Assembly: GCA_977020255.1 (NCBI GenBank)
Contig: CDROCS010000410.1
Coordinates: 310,001-374,000 of the forward strand
Origin: Obrimoposthia wandeli
Lineage: Eukaryota
Direction: 5' to 3'
Length of the DNA: 64,000 bases
Of the stretch, positions 10,074 through 20,857 are shown one piece after another. Position 1 is the first letter of the stretch. Each line of letters starts with the position of its first letter. The position numbers were made by a program, and so were the translations under genes. Below the pieces are notes generated by a model. It was not told the DNA's origin, did not search any database, and saw nothing but the letters and a program-made list of their open reading frames with translations.

Positions 10074-10983
10074 CAGCCTGAGCTTCAACCGTCTCTAACA
10101 ACCATGTTTTAAAAGCCTGCACTTTTGCTAACGCATCATGTTCAGGCCGCCACACAATGTAATAAGCTAACTCAGTGCTGCTATCCAGTGCTGGGAATGG
10201 TTTAACTAAACGCCCACAAGCAAGATCATCTTTCACTAATACACTACGACCTAATGCAATACCCTGCCCAGCCACAGCCGCTTGTATTACCGACGCCGAG
10301 TTATTAATTTTCAAGCCTTTATTGGTGTCTACGTTATCAACACCTTGCACTGCTAACCAACTCGACCAAGTCGGAAAACCCGAGCTTACAGGCATAGAGT
10401 GATCATGTAATAAGGGATAATCCGCTAAATCTGTCGGTAACGCTAATCCCTGCTTAAGCAGATCGGGAGAACACACCGGAAAGATATCCTCTTCCATCAG
10501 TAGTGCTTGCGATAATCCAGGCCAATTACCTTTGCCATAACGTACGCCGATATCAATATCTTCAGCAAAGTAATCAACAGAGCGTGAATTGGTGTTTAAA
10601 CGCAGATCATAATCGGGGTGTTTAAGTTGAAAATCATCAATGTGCATCAATAACCATTTCGCCGCAAACGCAGGACTCACCGACACGGTAATGGCATTGT
10701 TGATAATCGGTTTTTGTAATAATGCGAGCCCTTGCGATATGTGCTCTAAACCGAGACTAATTTCCGGCAACGCCATTTTAGCCTGCGCCGTTAATGTAAG
10801 GCGTGAAGTGCCACTGCTCGCACGAATAAATAAGCTAACCCCTAACCACTGTTCTAATAATCGCACTTGCTGGCCAATAGCTGCAGGCGTGACATTCAGT
10901 TCTTTTGCCGCCAAAGAAAAACTAAGGTGCCTTGCTGATGCTTCAAAAGCACGTACTGCATTTAAATGGGCTATATTATTCAT
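10060..10983 (-). CDS. LysR-type regulator, GcvA-like
   Basis: LNAVRAFEASARHLSFSLAAKELNVTPAAIGQQVRLLE HTH; GIALGRSVLVKDDL. Confidence 0.9.
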   Translation of the reverse strand: MNNIAHLNAVRAFEASARHLSFSLAAKELNVTPAAIGQQVRLLEQWLGVSLFIRASSGTSRLTLTAQAKMALPEISLGLEHISQGLALLQKPIINNAITVSVSPAFAAKWLLMHIDDFQLKHPDYDLRLNTNSRSVDYFAEDIDIGVRYGKGNWPGLSQALLMEEDIFPVCSPDLLKQGLALPTDLADYPLLHDHSMPVSSGFPTWSSWLAVQGVDNVDTNKGLKINNSASVIQAAVAGQGIALGRSVLVKDDLACGRLVKPFPALDSSTELAYYIVWRPEHDALAKVQAFKTWLLETVEAQAVNNN

Positions 10984-11114
10984 TTATGATGTTACCTCGC
11001 CTCAACAAGCCACTAAAGAAAAACTATATCGACAGTATAGAAGTAGTGCTTTGTCATATGCAAAGATTAAATCCATAATTACAACATAAAGACACTTCAC
11101 CTGTGGAAAACAAT

Positions 11115-11810
11115 ATGAACATTAATAGCGATCTAACCCAGTCAGCCAAGGTATTCTTTAATGAATCGACTTGGGTACCCTCTCCATTAAAAGGTGTATC
11201 ACGTAAAATGTTAGAGCGTGATGGCGAAGAGTTTGCAGCAACACCAACCACACTGGTGACTTATGACGCTGACAGCTATTTCACTAATCATATACATACT
11301 GGCGGCGAAGAATTCTTGGTATTAGCAGGTGTGTTTGCCGATGAACACGGTGCCTACCCTGTCGGTACTTATAAGCGTAACCCCGTTGGTACAGAGCACG
11401 CGCCAATAGTAAAAGACGGCTGTATGATCATTGTTAAACTCGGTCAGTTCCAAGACGGTGACACTCAAGATGTAACGATTAATACCGCCAGCCAAACTTT
11501 CATTCAAGATGAACACCGCGCGGCAGTGCAATACCAAACACTGCATACTTTCAAACAAGAAACAGTACGCTTAGAACGTTGGGCGTGTAACTCACATATC
11601 ACTTTAGACAACACCGGCGGTATTGAAGTACTGGTGGTTGATGGTGAGTTAAATCATCAGGGTGATGTTTACAACAAATATGATTGGCTACGTTTACCGA
11701 TTGGTGAAGCACTTGATATCACCACTGCCGCTGACGATTGCGTTGTTTGGATCAAAACAGGTCATCATAGCTGTCGATTACAAGAAGCGTCTATAAAAAA
11801 TTGCTTATAA
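11115..11810 (+). CDS. ChrR-like double-cupin protein
   Basis: WVPSPLKGVSRKML, HIHTGGEEFLVLAGVFADEHG, KLGQF; start at ATG 11115 or GTG 11103. Confidence 0.8.
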   Translation: MNINSDLTQSAKVFFNESTWVPSPLKGVSRKMLERDGEEFAATPTTLVTYDADSYFTNHIHTGGEEFLVLAGVFADEHGAYPVGTYKRNPVGTEHAPIVKDGCMIIVKLGQFQDGDTQDVTINTASQTFIQDEHRAAVQYQTLHTFKQETVRLERWACNSHITLDNTGGIEVLVVDGELNHQGDVYNKYDWLRLPIGEALDITTAADDCVVWIKTGHHSCRLQEASIKNCL

Positions 11811-11845
11811 AAAACCTTATTAACGGGCACTTGGATACTTAAAAT

Positions 11846-12961
11846 ATGAAAACTGAATTTGTTATTGTTGGCGGTGGATTAAGCGGTTTATATGCAGCTT
11901 ATTTATTAGAACAACAAGGTAAAGACTATATTTTACTAGAAGGTCGCCATCGACTTGGCGGGCGAATATATACTGAAGACAAGTTTGATATGGGGCCGTC
12001 TTGGTTTTGGCCTGACATGCACCCGCGTATTACTCAGTTGATTGATGATTTGCAGCTACCAGTATTCCCACAGCAGGATAAAGGTGCATTCTTGTTTGAT
12101 AAAGTCGAGAACAAAGCACCACTACGTTATGAATCAGGTTATGCCGGTTCGCCACAATCCATGCGTGTTGCAGGTGGTATGCAAAGAGTTGTTGACGGCA
12201 TTGCAGCAAAGCTAACAAGCGAACGACTGCTATATAACGCCAAGGTTACTCAAGTAGCGCACTATACAAATGCAGCTGCAGAAGATAGTTATTCTATCGT
12301 TACCGCAGAAATAAACGGTGAACAACAAACAATTCAAACGCGCCAGGTCATCTTTGCGATGCCATTACGCTTACTTGCCAATAGTATTAAATTTACGCCT
12401 GCTTTGCCGAAGCAAGTGCAGAACAAGTTTGCAGCAACAGCGACATGGATGGCAGCGCACGCCAAATTTTTCGCTGTTTACGATACTCCATTCTGGCGCG
12501 AAACAGGTTTGTCCGGTTCTGCCAGCAGCCAAGTGGGTCCGCTAGCAGAAATACATGACGCCAGTACCATTGATGCGAAAAATAGCGCGAATAGCAGTGG
12601 CAAAGGTGCTCTATTTGGCTTTGTCGGTATCGATGCCCATACACGTCAGTCTGCAGGTAATGAGCTCATCAAATCGCTAGCGGTAAAACAGCTTGTACGG
12701 ATTTATGGTGAACAAGCGGCGCAACCAATTGATGTGAAGTTAGTGGACTGGAGCCAAGAAATACTGACAGCAACTGATGCCGATAAAAATGCACCGAGTG
12801 CCCATCCACACTATGGATTACGCGATATTCATTCAGCGCTAATACCTGTTAATCAACAAGGTTGGTACTTCGCGGGAACAGAATCTGCAGAAGAAAATGG
12901 CGGTTATATCGAAGGCGCACTAGAGGCGGCTGAAGCGGTCATGACACGAGTAAAGCTTTAG
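11846..12961 (+). CDS. Flavin monoamine oxidase family protein
   Basis: GGGLSG dinucleotide fold, LEGRHRLGGRI, DMGPSWFWP, FAGTE...GGYIEGALE. Confidence 0.88.
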   Translation: MKTEFVIVGGGLSGLYAAYLLEQQGKDYILLEGRHRLGGRIYTEDKFDMGPSWFWPDMHPRITQLIDDLQLPVFPQQDKGAFLFDKVENKAPLRYESGYAGSPQSMRVAGGMQRVVDGIAAKLTSERLLYNAKVTQVAHYTNAAAEDSYSIVTAEINGEQQTIQTRQVIFAMPLRLLANSIKFTPALPKQVQNKFAATATWMAAHAKFFAVYDTPFWRETGLSGSASSQVGPLAEIHDASTIDAKNSANSSGKGALFGFVGIDAHTRQSAGNELIKSLAVKQLVRIYGEQAAQPIDVKLVDWSQEILTATDADKNAPSAHPHYGLRDIHSALIPVNQQGWYFAGTESAEENGGYIEGALEAAEAVMTRVKL

Positions 12962-12964
12962 TCT

Positions 12965-13027
12965 TAAGCCTGTTTATAATTACTGTTATAGTAACTGTAA
13001 TAGCAACTTTCACTGTAAACAGGCTTA
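12965..13027. terminator. Inverted repeat between convergent genes
   Basis: taagcctgttta...taaacaggctta with a long AT-rich loop. Confidence 0.55.
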
Positions 13028-13053
13028 TCCATCCCGACCACTGATTATCAAGA

Positions 13054-14109
13054 CTAGTGATTATCAATCGCGGTTTTTAATAACTGCTTTCTCAGCTGAT
13101 CATGATAATAAAATACCCGCGTCATATCTTTTGGATACCAAGAAATATTCTCAAGTAAAATCATGCTGGTATCTGATTCTGGGTAATAACTTAGCGTTGA
13201 AATATAACCGAGTACATAACCGCTATGACTCCACTCTTGCACCGTACCAGTATCTGATAGCTGCAGGCCAAAACCATATCCTAGGTCACCCCAACGGTGC
13301 TGTCTTGTCGCTGCTTTCGATACCATTTGCAAGTGTGACTTAGCCGATAACAAATCACTATTATGTAAACATTGATTCCATGCAACCAAATCTTCGGCGG
13401 TAGAAATAATACCTGCACTCGGCGCGAAACTAGCAGGTAAATCTTTAGTCATCGCCACCAGCTCACCAACAGACTTTTCGTGATAGCGTACTGCATTATT
13501 GGTATTACTTGATGCGTTCGTATTATCCATACCACAACGTTTAAACATCTCAGAGGCTAACAAGGGATAATCTTCACCTGATACCTTAACGACTATTTCA
13601 CCTAATAGGTTATAGCCTGTATTTGAATAAGCGAATACTTCACCTGGGATCGTTTTAAGTGGCTTGTCGATAGCAACAATACCAGACAAATGATTAAGCA
13701 ATTGTCTGACAGTAATAACTGCATCCCACTTGCCGTTCAAGTATTCAAGATATTGGGTAATCGGGGCATCAAGTGTGATTCGACCTTGGTCAACTTCTCG
13801 CATGATTAACGCAGCCGTCATTTGTTTACTTAATGACGCGGTAACAAAAGGGGTTTGTAATGTAAATGCCGCAACCTCCAAGCCATCGACTACAGGCTGA
13901 GATGTCGATGCATAACTAAACGTAATATCACTCCCCTTTGCGATAACAGCTATGCCACTAAATGCTCTTGGTGCATTCGTACTCGTAAATACTGATTGCA
14001 GATCTGTCACATTATTTACAGCAGCAAGGCTTACCATTGGTAATGTCATAGCCAAGCTATACACCAAGCCATGTGCCAAACGACAGGCAAGTACGTTCGT
14101 TTTTATCAT
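13054..14109 (-). CDS. Serine hydrolase, beta-lactamase/PBP-like family
   Basis: SxxK (ASLSK), YxN (YSN), HSG motifs; N-terminal signal-like segment; start uncertain. Confidence 0.85.
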   Translation of the reverse strand: MIKTNVLACRLAHGLVYSLAMTLPMVSLAAVNNVTDLQSVFTSTNAPRAFSGIAVIAKGSDITFSYASTSQPVVDGLEVAAFTLQTPFVTASLSKQMTAALIMREVDQGRITLDAPITQYLEYLNGKWDAVITVRQLLNHLSGIVAIDKPLKTIPGEVFAYSNTGYNLLGEIVVKVSGEDYPLLASEMFKRCGMDNTNASSNTNNAVRYHEKSVGELVAMTKDLPASFAPSAGIISTAEDLVAWNQCLHNSDLLSAKSHLQMVSKAATRQHRWGDLGYGFGLQLSDTGTVQEWSHSGYVLGYISTLSYYPESDTSMILLENISWYPKDMTRVFYYHDQLRKQLLKTAIDNH

Positions 14110-14157
14110 TTTATAAGTCCAGTATAAAGGTTGTGAGCAATTATCTAAATTTGCTGT

Positions 14158-14589
14158 TTATTGACGTGACATATAAACAAACTGTTCATCACAGCTATCA
14201 ATCACAAAGCCAAAACGTGCATATAACTCACCTACTCGATTACCTTGTAAATGGCTTAGCTTGCAAGGTAATTGTTTCTCTTTGGCAAGAGTAATGAGCT
14301 GCTTTAATACCTGACTACCAATGCCTTTACCTTGATGTTCCGGTAATAAGAAAAAGCGACAGAAATGAATGTGGTTATTTTCCACTTCAATCTTATAACT
14401 GCCGACCGCTATGCCATCAATACAGATCAACATAGGCTTACCATCAGCCCACTCTTGCGCATGCATTTGCTGCTGGACGATTTCATCCCAACCAAAAATA
14501 GCTTTAATCGGTTCGTATTCCGCCGCTTTTTTTAACTTAAACGCGAAATCATAATCTTGCTCAGTCGCAAGTCGGTATGCAATATTCAT
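14158..14589 (-). CDS. GNAT N-acetyltransferase
   Basis: LPEHQGKGIGS acetyl-CoA motif, LYARFGF. Confidence 0.88.
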   Translation of the reverse strand: MNIAYRLATEQDYDFAFKLKKAAEYEPIKAIFGWDEIVQQQMHAQEWADGKPMLICIDGIAVGSYKIEVENNHIHFCRFFLLPEHQGKGIGSQVLKQLITLAKEKQLPCKLSHLQGNRVGELYARFGFVIDSCDEQFVYMSRQ

Positions 14590-14698
14590 TAGCCCTACAT
14601 TCTGAATGTATTTTAAGAAGTTTGATTGATAACTAAAAAACGAAGAATACCTATAAGTAATTAATATAACAAGCTTATTAGATTAGAATTCAGAAACA

Positions 14699-14736
14699 AA
14701 AAAGCCAACACAAACCTAAGTCTGTGTTGGCTTTTT
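14699..14736 (-). terminator. Intrinsic terminator after the NCS2 permease
   Basis: aaaaagccaacaca...tgtgttggcttttt. Confidence 0.85.
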
Positions 14737-14781
14737 ACTATAAGTTAATAACACTGTTATCGACTCATTCAGTACTCAATA

Positions 14782-16089
14782 TTAGTGGCTAGCGACTACC
14801 GAGAAGTAGTAAATCATCGCAAGGGCAATAACATATACTGACCAATGGTCTTCTTTCATACGACCAGTCACGATCTTAAGGAAAGCATACACAACCATCG
14901 CCGCAGCAATACCGTTACCAGAGTTAAAGCTAAAGATAGTCATAGCAACACAGATAAACGCTGGGAAGTATTCAGTAATATCTTCGTAGTTCACTTTCTT
15001 CATAGACGACATCATCGAGAAACCAATGTAGATAAGCACAGGTGCCGTGGCTACCGTTGGGATCATTGTCGCTAATGGCGATAAGAACAGCGTAAACAAG
15101 AACAAGATGGCCGTCACAACAGCAGTGAAACCAGTACGACCGCCCGCTTCAACACCCGCAGAACTTTCTAGATATGTCGTCAGTACTGGGCATGAAAAGA
15201 ATGAACCAAATGTCGTTGCACATGAATCAACGTGGAAGTTCTTTTCAATACCTGGCAAGTTACCGTCTTTATCTAAATAACCGGCTTGTGAACCCACACC
15301 CAGCAGCGTGCCTAGCGTCGAGAAGAAATCAGGAATAAAGAAAGCTAATAAGAAAGGTAAATACTTCGGGTCTAGTGCACCTAAAATATCAATTTCAAAC
15401 AGCATGCCTTCCATACTACCCGGCATAGCAAACAATGATTCAGGTACTTTAGCCAAACCAAACGGAATACTAATCGCCGTCGTGATCAAGATAGCTAAGA
15501 TGATACCGCCACGGGTTTTCTTCGCGACAAAGAACATCACCAAAAAGAAACCAAGCATCGACATCAGCGCTTTAGCAGAAGATAAGTCACCTAGGTTAAG
15601 TACATTCTTAGATGGATTAGCAATGACAATACCCGCTTGTTTCAAGCCTAGTAACGCAATAAACAAACCAATACCAACACCAACAGATACCTTAATACTG
15701 TGTGGGATAACGCGTACAATAAAGTCACGAATACCCAAGAATGATACAGCCATAAAGATAGCACCACTGATAAACACAATACCTGAGGCAATGCTAAGTG
15801 GCACGCCGTCACCTAATAAGGTAAACGAGAAGATAGCCACACTACCTAAACCAGGGCCAAGTACGAATGGACGGTTAGTATAAAATGCCATCGCCAAGGT
15901 TGTCAGTACAGTCATCACAATCGTTACCGTCATCGCAGCAGAGAAAGGTAAACCACCTTTACTCAACATACCCGGTACAACAGCAATCAGATAAGCCATC
16001 GTAGCAAACGTTGTAAAACCAGCAATTACCTCAGTCCTTAAGTCTGTATTGTTCTTCTCAAACTCAAAGAACTCCTTTATCTTATCCAT
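14782..16089 (-). CDS. NCS2/AzgA-type purine nucleobase permease
   Basis: EVIAGFTTFATMAY, PGLG, YLESSAGVEAGGRTG, TAPVLIYIG. Confidence 0.92.
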   Translation of the reverse strand: MDKIKEFFEFEKNNTDLRTEVIAGFTTFATMAYLIAVVPGMLSKGGLPFSAAMTVTIVMTVLTTLAMAFYTNRPFVLGPGLGSVAIFSFTLLGDGVPLSIASGIVFISGAIFMAVSFLGIRDFIVRVIPHSIKVSVGVGIGLFIALLGLKQAGIVIANPSKNVLNLGDLSSAKALMSMLGFFLVMFFVAKKTRGGIILAILITTAISIPFGLAKVPESLFAMPGSMEGMLFEIDILGALDPKYLPFLLAFFIPDFFSTLGTLLGVGSQAGYLDKDGNLPGIEKNFHVDSCATTFGSFFSCPVLTTYLESSAGVEAGGRTGFTAVVTAILFLFTLFLSPLATMIPTVATAPVLIYIGFSMMSSMKKVNYEDITEYFPAFICVAMTIFSFNSGNGIAAAMVVYAFLKIVTGRMKEDHWSVYVIALAMIYYFSVVASH

Positions 16090-16185
16090 TACCGATTTCC
16101 TTTCTATTTAAAGTTTATGCAAGATGTAAAAATTGTTGTATTAATCGTATTGCAGGCTGTCGAGCGCCATTACTAAACGTTACAG

Positions 16186-17319
16186 CTACGCGTTATTCAC
16201 GTAAATCTTGTGTTTCGATGCTGGATGTCGACGGTATTCAATCAAGTGCTCTGGCGCTATCTCAGGTTCTTGATCAATTTGAGCACGAAGCAAGTCAAAC
16301 TCGGCGGTCCATTGTGAGGTCCATTGCTTTTTAATTTTTTTCGGTAACCAACTCGCATCTATACTGTTAAGCATAAAATGTTTTAGACTTTCGATATCAA
16401 AACCAAAATCTTCCACCATCACGCGGTAACAGTTAGTGCTGTCCGTCGCATGCATGTGCCAATCATCAGTACAGGGAATAATATTTAATCCCGCTTTCGC
16501 CATGTCACGGATCGGATGCTTAACCCGCCATTCATTGTGTTCAGGCCATTGGCTTAAGAAATAGGTATTTGACGGCACCACGGTAAACGGAATACCTTGC
16601 TTAGCATATTGCGCCGTTAGCTCAGGGTTATCGATTATGCTGTAGCCGTGATCAATACGGTCAACTTCCACCAGCTCAATACCAGCAACCACATTACGCC
16701 AATGTAAACCAAACTCAGCACAGTGCGCAGTGAGCTTGTAACCATTGTCTTGTGCTAAACGGTAAGCTTGCCAAAATTGTTCAACCGATGCGTTATGCTC
16801 TTTATAATCAATACCAATACCCAGCACATAAGGATGCGGGTGTTGTAACATCATCTCAACCATTTCGACAGCAAGTTCTGGAGACTTTTCGCGATTGATT
16901 GATGGAATAAGGCGGATGGTGATATTAAATTGCAGTAAGGATTTTTCGATGCCTCGAACGAGGGCTTGGTTTACGTCTTCGTAGCTCAGGTGTGTATCAG
17001 AAGGGTTCCAAAAGGTTTCAATATAACGTACACCGCAAGCATGGGCATCTTCAGCGACTTCTAACAGCACCCGCTCGTAATCTTCGGCTTCTTGCATCAA
17101 TTCATACAAAAAGGTTAACGCTGCGATACCACCTTTCGTTGAACCCGTTTCAGCTTTATGTGCACGGTAATAACTTTTAGCTTCAAGTTCAGACAAGGGA
17201 TAATCATACTTTTTCGCAAAAGCTAGCATGGTCTCTAAGCGCACGCCGCCAAGCAAATGATAATGTAAGTCGGCTTTAGGAAACTGACTTAAAAACTGAT
17301 GAAATGATATTTGACTCAC
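16186..17319 (-). CDS. Adenosine/adenine deaminase family amidohydrolase
   Basis: PKADLHYHL, HCAE, DRIDHG, CTDD metal-binding motifs; GTG start. Confidence 0.88.
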   Translation of the reverse strand: MSQISFHQFLSQFPKADLHYHLLGGVRLETMLAFAKKYDYPLSELEAKSYYRAHKAETGSTKGGIAALTFLYELMQEAEDYERVLLEVAEDAHACGVRYIETFWNPSDTHLSYEDVNQALVRGIEKSLLQFNITIRLIPSINREKSPELAVEMVEMMLQHPHPYVLGIGIDYKEHNASVEQFWQAYRLAQDNGYKLTAHCAEFGLHWRNVVAGIELVEVDRIDHGYSIIDNPELTAQYAKQGIPFTVVPSNTYFLSQWPEHNEWRVKHPIRDMAKAGLNIIPCTDDWHMHATDSTNCYRVMVEDFGFDIESLKHFMLNSIDASWLPKKIKKQWTSQWTAEFDLLRAQIDQEPEIAPEHLIEYRRHPASKHKIYVNNA

Positions 17320-17380
17320 AACGACCTTCTACGCAAAGTGGCTAAGCCGTGAGTATCGCTGATTTGGCCTTAATAAAGAA

Positions 17381-17415
17381 ATGCAAAAAATGGTATGGCA
17401 ATGCAAAAACAGCAT
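17381..17415. promoter_or_regulatory. Probable LysR operator upstream of the deaminase-permease operon
   Basis: ATGC-N7-GCAT (T-N11-A) palindrome at 17401-17415 and a degenerate copy 20 bp away at 17381. Confidence 0.6.
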
Positions 17416-17453
17416 CACCGAAATGCAGGATCCATTATCGACACCTTGTCATC

Positions 17454-18377
17454 TTATTCAACCGTATAAAACGCCTGTGCGATCTGCCAATCTTCATCGG
17501 TCTTATCGCGTAAAGCACGCCAGAACTGCTCTGCTTCTATCGATAAACGCGCGCGATTACGATACAAACGAATCTGAAAAGGAATACGATAAACCTCAGG
17601 ATTAATTGGCACCAATTTACCCGATCTTAACTCATCTTTAATCAAACAATCTGGTAGCCATGCAATGCCTTTACCTCTTAATGCCATTTCTTTATGCAAC
17701 TGACAAACAGATGATTCAAATACCGGATGACAATTAAACGTCGGCTGTTGCATCAGCGCACTGCTAATAAGACGTGCGCTATAGCTTTCTGAGGAATAAC
17801 GTAAATACGGCACCGACTCTTCACCCAACTGATACATAGGTAAACCGACATCATCGGCTTTCGTCACCAGTAAAAAATCACCGCCACCTAAAAACAGGTT
17901 TTGATACGGTGGTTGTAACAAGGACAAAATATCAAAGGCAAACAGAAAATCACACTCGCCATTGGCTAATGATTTAACCGCTAAATCAACTCGTAAAATA
18001 TCGACACTGTAAGTCAAAGATTGCGGTGATTCAGCAATATCCATCAGCTCGATTAAGGTTGGTGAAGAAAGTGAATGTGGCGAGGCAATACGCAGAGGAT
18101 CTAGGATAGGTTGGTCAATGCCATTGATTTGATCTAAACCTTGGTTAAGCTGTTTTAACAAACTCTGTGCCAAACTGCGAAATTGCTTACCGGCTGGCGT
18201 AAAGCGGATCGGTTGTGAGCTACGATCGACCAACTGCTGGCCAACAGCCGCTTCAAGGGCTTTAATATGCCTTCCGAAAGCAGGTTGGGTAATGTGCCTC
18301 AATTGCGCCGCTTTGGAAAAGTTGCGAGTTTCATTGAGGGTTAGAAAATCCTCTAACCATTTACTGTCAAAACTCAT
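17454..18377 (-). CDS. LysR-type regulator (HypT/YjiE-like N-terminus)
   Basis: KWLEDFLTL...RNFSKAAQLRHITQPAFGRHIKALE. Confidence 0.9.
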   Translation of the reverse strand: MSFDSKWLEDFLTLNETRNFSKAAQLRHITQPAFGRHIKALEAAVGQQLVDRSSQPIRFTPAGKQFRSLAQSLLKQLNQGLDQINGIDQPILDPLRIASPHSLSSPTLIELMDIAESPQSLTYSVDILRVDLAVKSLANGECDFLFAFDILSLLQPPYQNLFLGGGDFLLVTKADDVGLPMYQLGEESVPYLRYSSESYSARLISSALMQQPTFNCHPVFESSVCQLHKEMALRGKGIAWLPDCLIKDELRSGKLVPINPEVYRIPFQIRLYRNRARLSIEAEQFWRALRDKTDEDWQIAQAFYTVE

Positions 18378-18450
18378 TCTGCAACTCCTTGCTAAATTGA
18401 ACCGCTGTTATACCGCTATTGTAGCAACACTCCCTCTCGGATAAAAACGA

Positions 18451-19716
18451 TTAACTACATAAATTATTACGTCCCTTCGCCTTACTGCGATAAAGTGCAT
18501 TATCAGCTAATCGTATCAGCGTTGAGTGATCAACATCCTCAGTGGCTTTTAACGTCGCGATGCCCAAGCTACAAGTAATATACTGAGAACAACTCGAGTA
18601 GGCATGTAAAAGATGTAATTCCTCGATCGAGATAATAAGTCTTTGCATAAACAAGGCCGCCTCTTGCTCGGTACAATCGACCATAATAATCGCAAACTCT
18701 TCACCACCATAACGCGCGACTGTATCTGAAGAACGTTGTACCTTCATCTTCAAACAATTTGCAACTTGTTGAATAACCTCGTCACCCGCTTGATGACCAT
18801 AATTATCGTTATATAATTTAAAGTAATCAATATCGAGCATGGCTAACGATACTGAACCGCCCTTACGGAAAGCGCGCTTCCATTCAATTGCAAGTTGATC
18901 ATCAAAATGGCGACGATTAGCCAATCCCGTTAAGCTATCGGTACGGGCTTGTTGTTCTAATTTTGATTCAAACGAACGCTCAACAATTCTCACTGCAAAC
19001 GTGCCGATCCCGATCATGAGTAACAGCGCGGGAATTATCACTGCACCAATTGCCATCATCACTTTTTCAGTTTTTTTATCCAGTACCTCAACATCAATGT
19101 GGATCCACAACGTTGCATCAATATCAGGCAATGGATATTGATAAATCGCCTCCATATAGCCATCGCCAGTATATTTGACCACACTGCGTGATGGTTGATT
19201 GTCAGTACTAAAATCAGCATCAATATCTGGCGTCATTAGTAATATATCGACATAGGCATGTTTCGAGACTAATACTTCTTGTTTAAGCTGGTAATTAATA
19301 TCAATCACATTACCCACAAACGAACTTTCCGGATGCGCAATCACCTCGCCGTTTTCATCAACAAGACAAACGTAGTTACTCGGGTCGTAGCTGCCGCCTT
19401 GAAAAATACCTTGAAATTGAGTGATAACATCTTCAGCTGCCATGCCCTGACGAATGCTTGTTTGGGTAAATGCCTCAAACTTTAATGCTTGCTGTTCATT
19501 TTGTTCCATCGCCACATCAAAAAGCGCATTCCACACCAAGTCATAGGTAACAGGGGTGGCAATGGCAACAACACTCGAAATCACTAATGCTAACGCGATA
19601 AATGTAGCGACAACCGCTTGCTTAGCATTATTAATCGAACATCTAAATGGTATTTTCAACATAACTAACCTAATCATAACAAAATATAGACTTAAAATAG
19701 TTTCGGATATTAGCAA
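18451..19716 (-). CDS. Membrane diguanylate cyclase with Cache-like sensor
   Basis: TM-periplasmic (VCLVDENGEVIAHP)-TM; DSLTGLANRR, DIDYFKLYND, RSSD I-site, GGEEF; start uncertain. Confidence 0.88.
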   Translation of the reverse strand: MLISETILSLYFVMIRLVMLKIPFRCSINNAKQAVVATFIALALVISSVVAIATPVTYDLVWNALFDVAMEQNEQQALKFEAFTQTSIRQGMAAEDVITQFQGIFQGGSYDPSNYVCLVDENGEVIAHPESSFVGNVIDINYQLKQEVLVSKHAYVDILLMTPDIDADFSTDNQPSRSVVKYTGDGYMEAIYQYPLPDIDATLWIHIDVEVLDKKTEKVMMAIGAVIIPALLLMIGIGTFAVRIVERSFESKLEQQARTDSLTGLANRRHFDDQLAIEWKRAFRKGGSVSLAMLDIDYFKLYNDNYGHQAGDEVIQQVANCLKMKVQRSSDTVARYGGEEFAIIMVDCTEQEAALFMQRLIISIEELHLLHAYSSCSQYITCSLGIATLKATEDVDHSTLIRLADNALYRSKAKGRNNLCS

Positions 19717-19918
19717 TATCTCTACTGTTAAACCATGATTTAAAACATCAGTTAAGAGTTATTATTCAATATGTTAGATTGATCATGCGAGTGATAATAC
19801 ATTTATAAAAATCAATAAAGTTACATAGTTAATTCATATAGTCAGATACACAATTCAATAACGAAGGGCAAAGCTGCTGTAGTGTCACTACAATTGTTAT
19901 AAGGCCATCATTTGTTAG

Positions 19919-20827
19919 GTGAAACCAGACATGCTGATATCGATTTGTATGTGTACATACCAAAGAGAACATGTCGTCAATACACTGCAAAGTATTGCGG
20001 CATTACGTCTACCTGATTACGTCAATCTAGAAGTGATTGTCGTGGATAATGACGAACAAGGTTATGCTGAAAGGCTCGTTAAAAATCAAGCTGACATCAT
20101 GAATATTCCGGTTTTTTATCGCCAAGAATCTGCAAAGAATATTGCTTTGGCACGTAACTGTTCCATCAATAATACCCAAGGGGAATGGATCGCGTTTATT
20201 GATGATGATGAAATTGCCGATCCAGATTGGCTCGCGAATCTATTGTCCACCGCGCAAACTTTTCAAGCTGATGCCGTATTCGGCCGAGTTAAATCAACTT
20301 ACCCGAGCAATACCCCACAGTGGATCATTGACTCCGGTGTATTTGAACGCCCAGCGGTTACGAACGGTCAAGAAGTAACGAGTGGTGCGACTAATTCTAC
20401 TTTAATCAGTCAAGCCGTAATAAAAAAATACCAACTCCAATTTGATGCTGACTATGGGTTAACAGGTGGTGAGGATGCTGATTTCTTTTACCGGTTGTAT
20501 CAATACGGTGGTAAGTTAGTTTGTTCAAATGAGGCATTTGTTAGTGAGGAAGTCGCTAATAACCGCTTAAACATTAAATATCTATTAAAAAGGGCTATAC
20601 GTATAGGTGAAACTTATACCCGTTATCGTATGCAGCAAGCACCTTTAGTGAATAAATGTGCCTATCTATGTGACGGACTTTTAAAACTGATTATATTGCT
20701 GTTTATCGTATTAATAAAACTCCCCTTTGGTCAGTCTAAATATGCTAAACCATTATTACAGCTGGTGGATAAGTACGGTAAAATAAGGGCCTTGTTCAGC
20801 ACAAATACAGTCAAGCTATACAGCTAG
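19919..20827 (+). CDS. Glycosyltransferase family 2 (ExoM-like)
   Basis: ICMCTYQR, VVDND, ARNC, IAFIDDDE, GGEDADFF. Confidence 0.9.
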   Translation: MKPDMLISICMCTYQREHVVNTLQSIAALRLPDYVNLEVIVVDNDEQGYAERLVKNQADIMNIPVFYRQESAKNIALARNCSINNTQGEWIAFIDDDEIADPDWLANLLSTAQTFQADAVFGRVKSTYPSNTPQWIIDSGVFERPAVTNGQEVTSGATNSTLISQAVIKKYQLQFDADYGLTGGEDADFFYRLYQYGGKLVCSNEAFVSEEVANNRLNIKYLLKRAIRIGETYTRYRMQQAPLVNKCAYLCDGLLKLIILLFIVLIKLPFGQSKYAKPLLQLVDKYGKIRALFSTNTVKLYS

Positions 20828-20857
20828 CACCTCTTATTTTCGATAAATAACGACCAA

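Noticed and set aside
11103-11810. Calling the cupin the anti-sigma factor ChrR
   Set aside because: No adjacent ECF sigma gene and no recognisable N-terminal zinc anti-sigma domain
15047-15883. Plus-strand ORFs of 77 and 191 aa opposite the NCS2 permease
   Set aside because: Antisense shadows of a hydrophobic membrane-protein gene; no motifs or RBS
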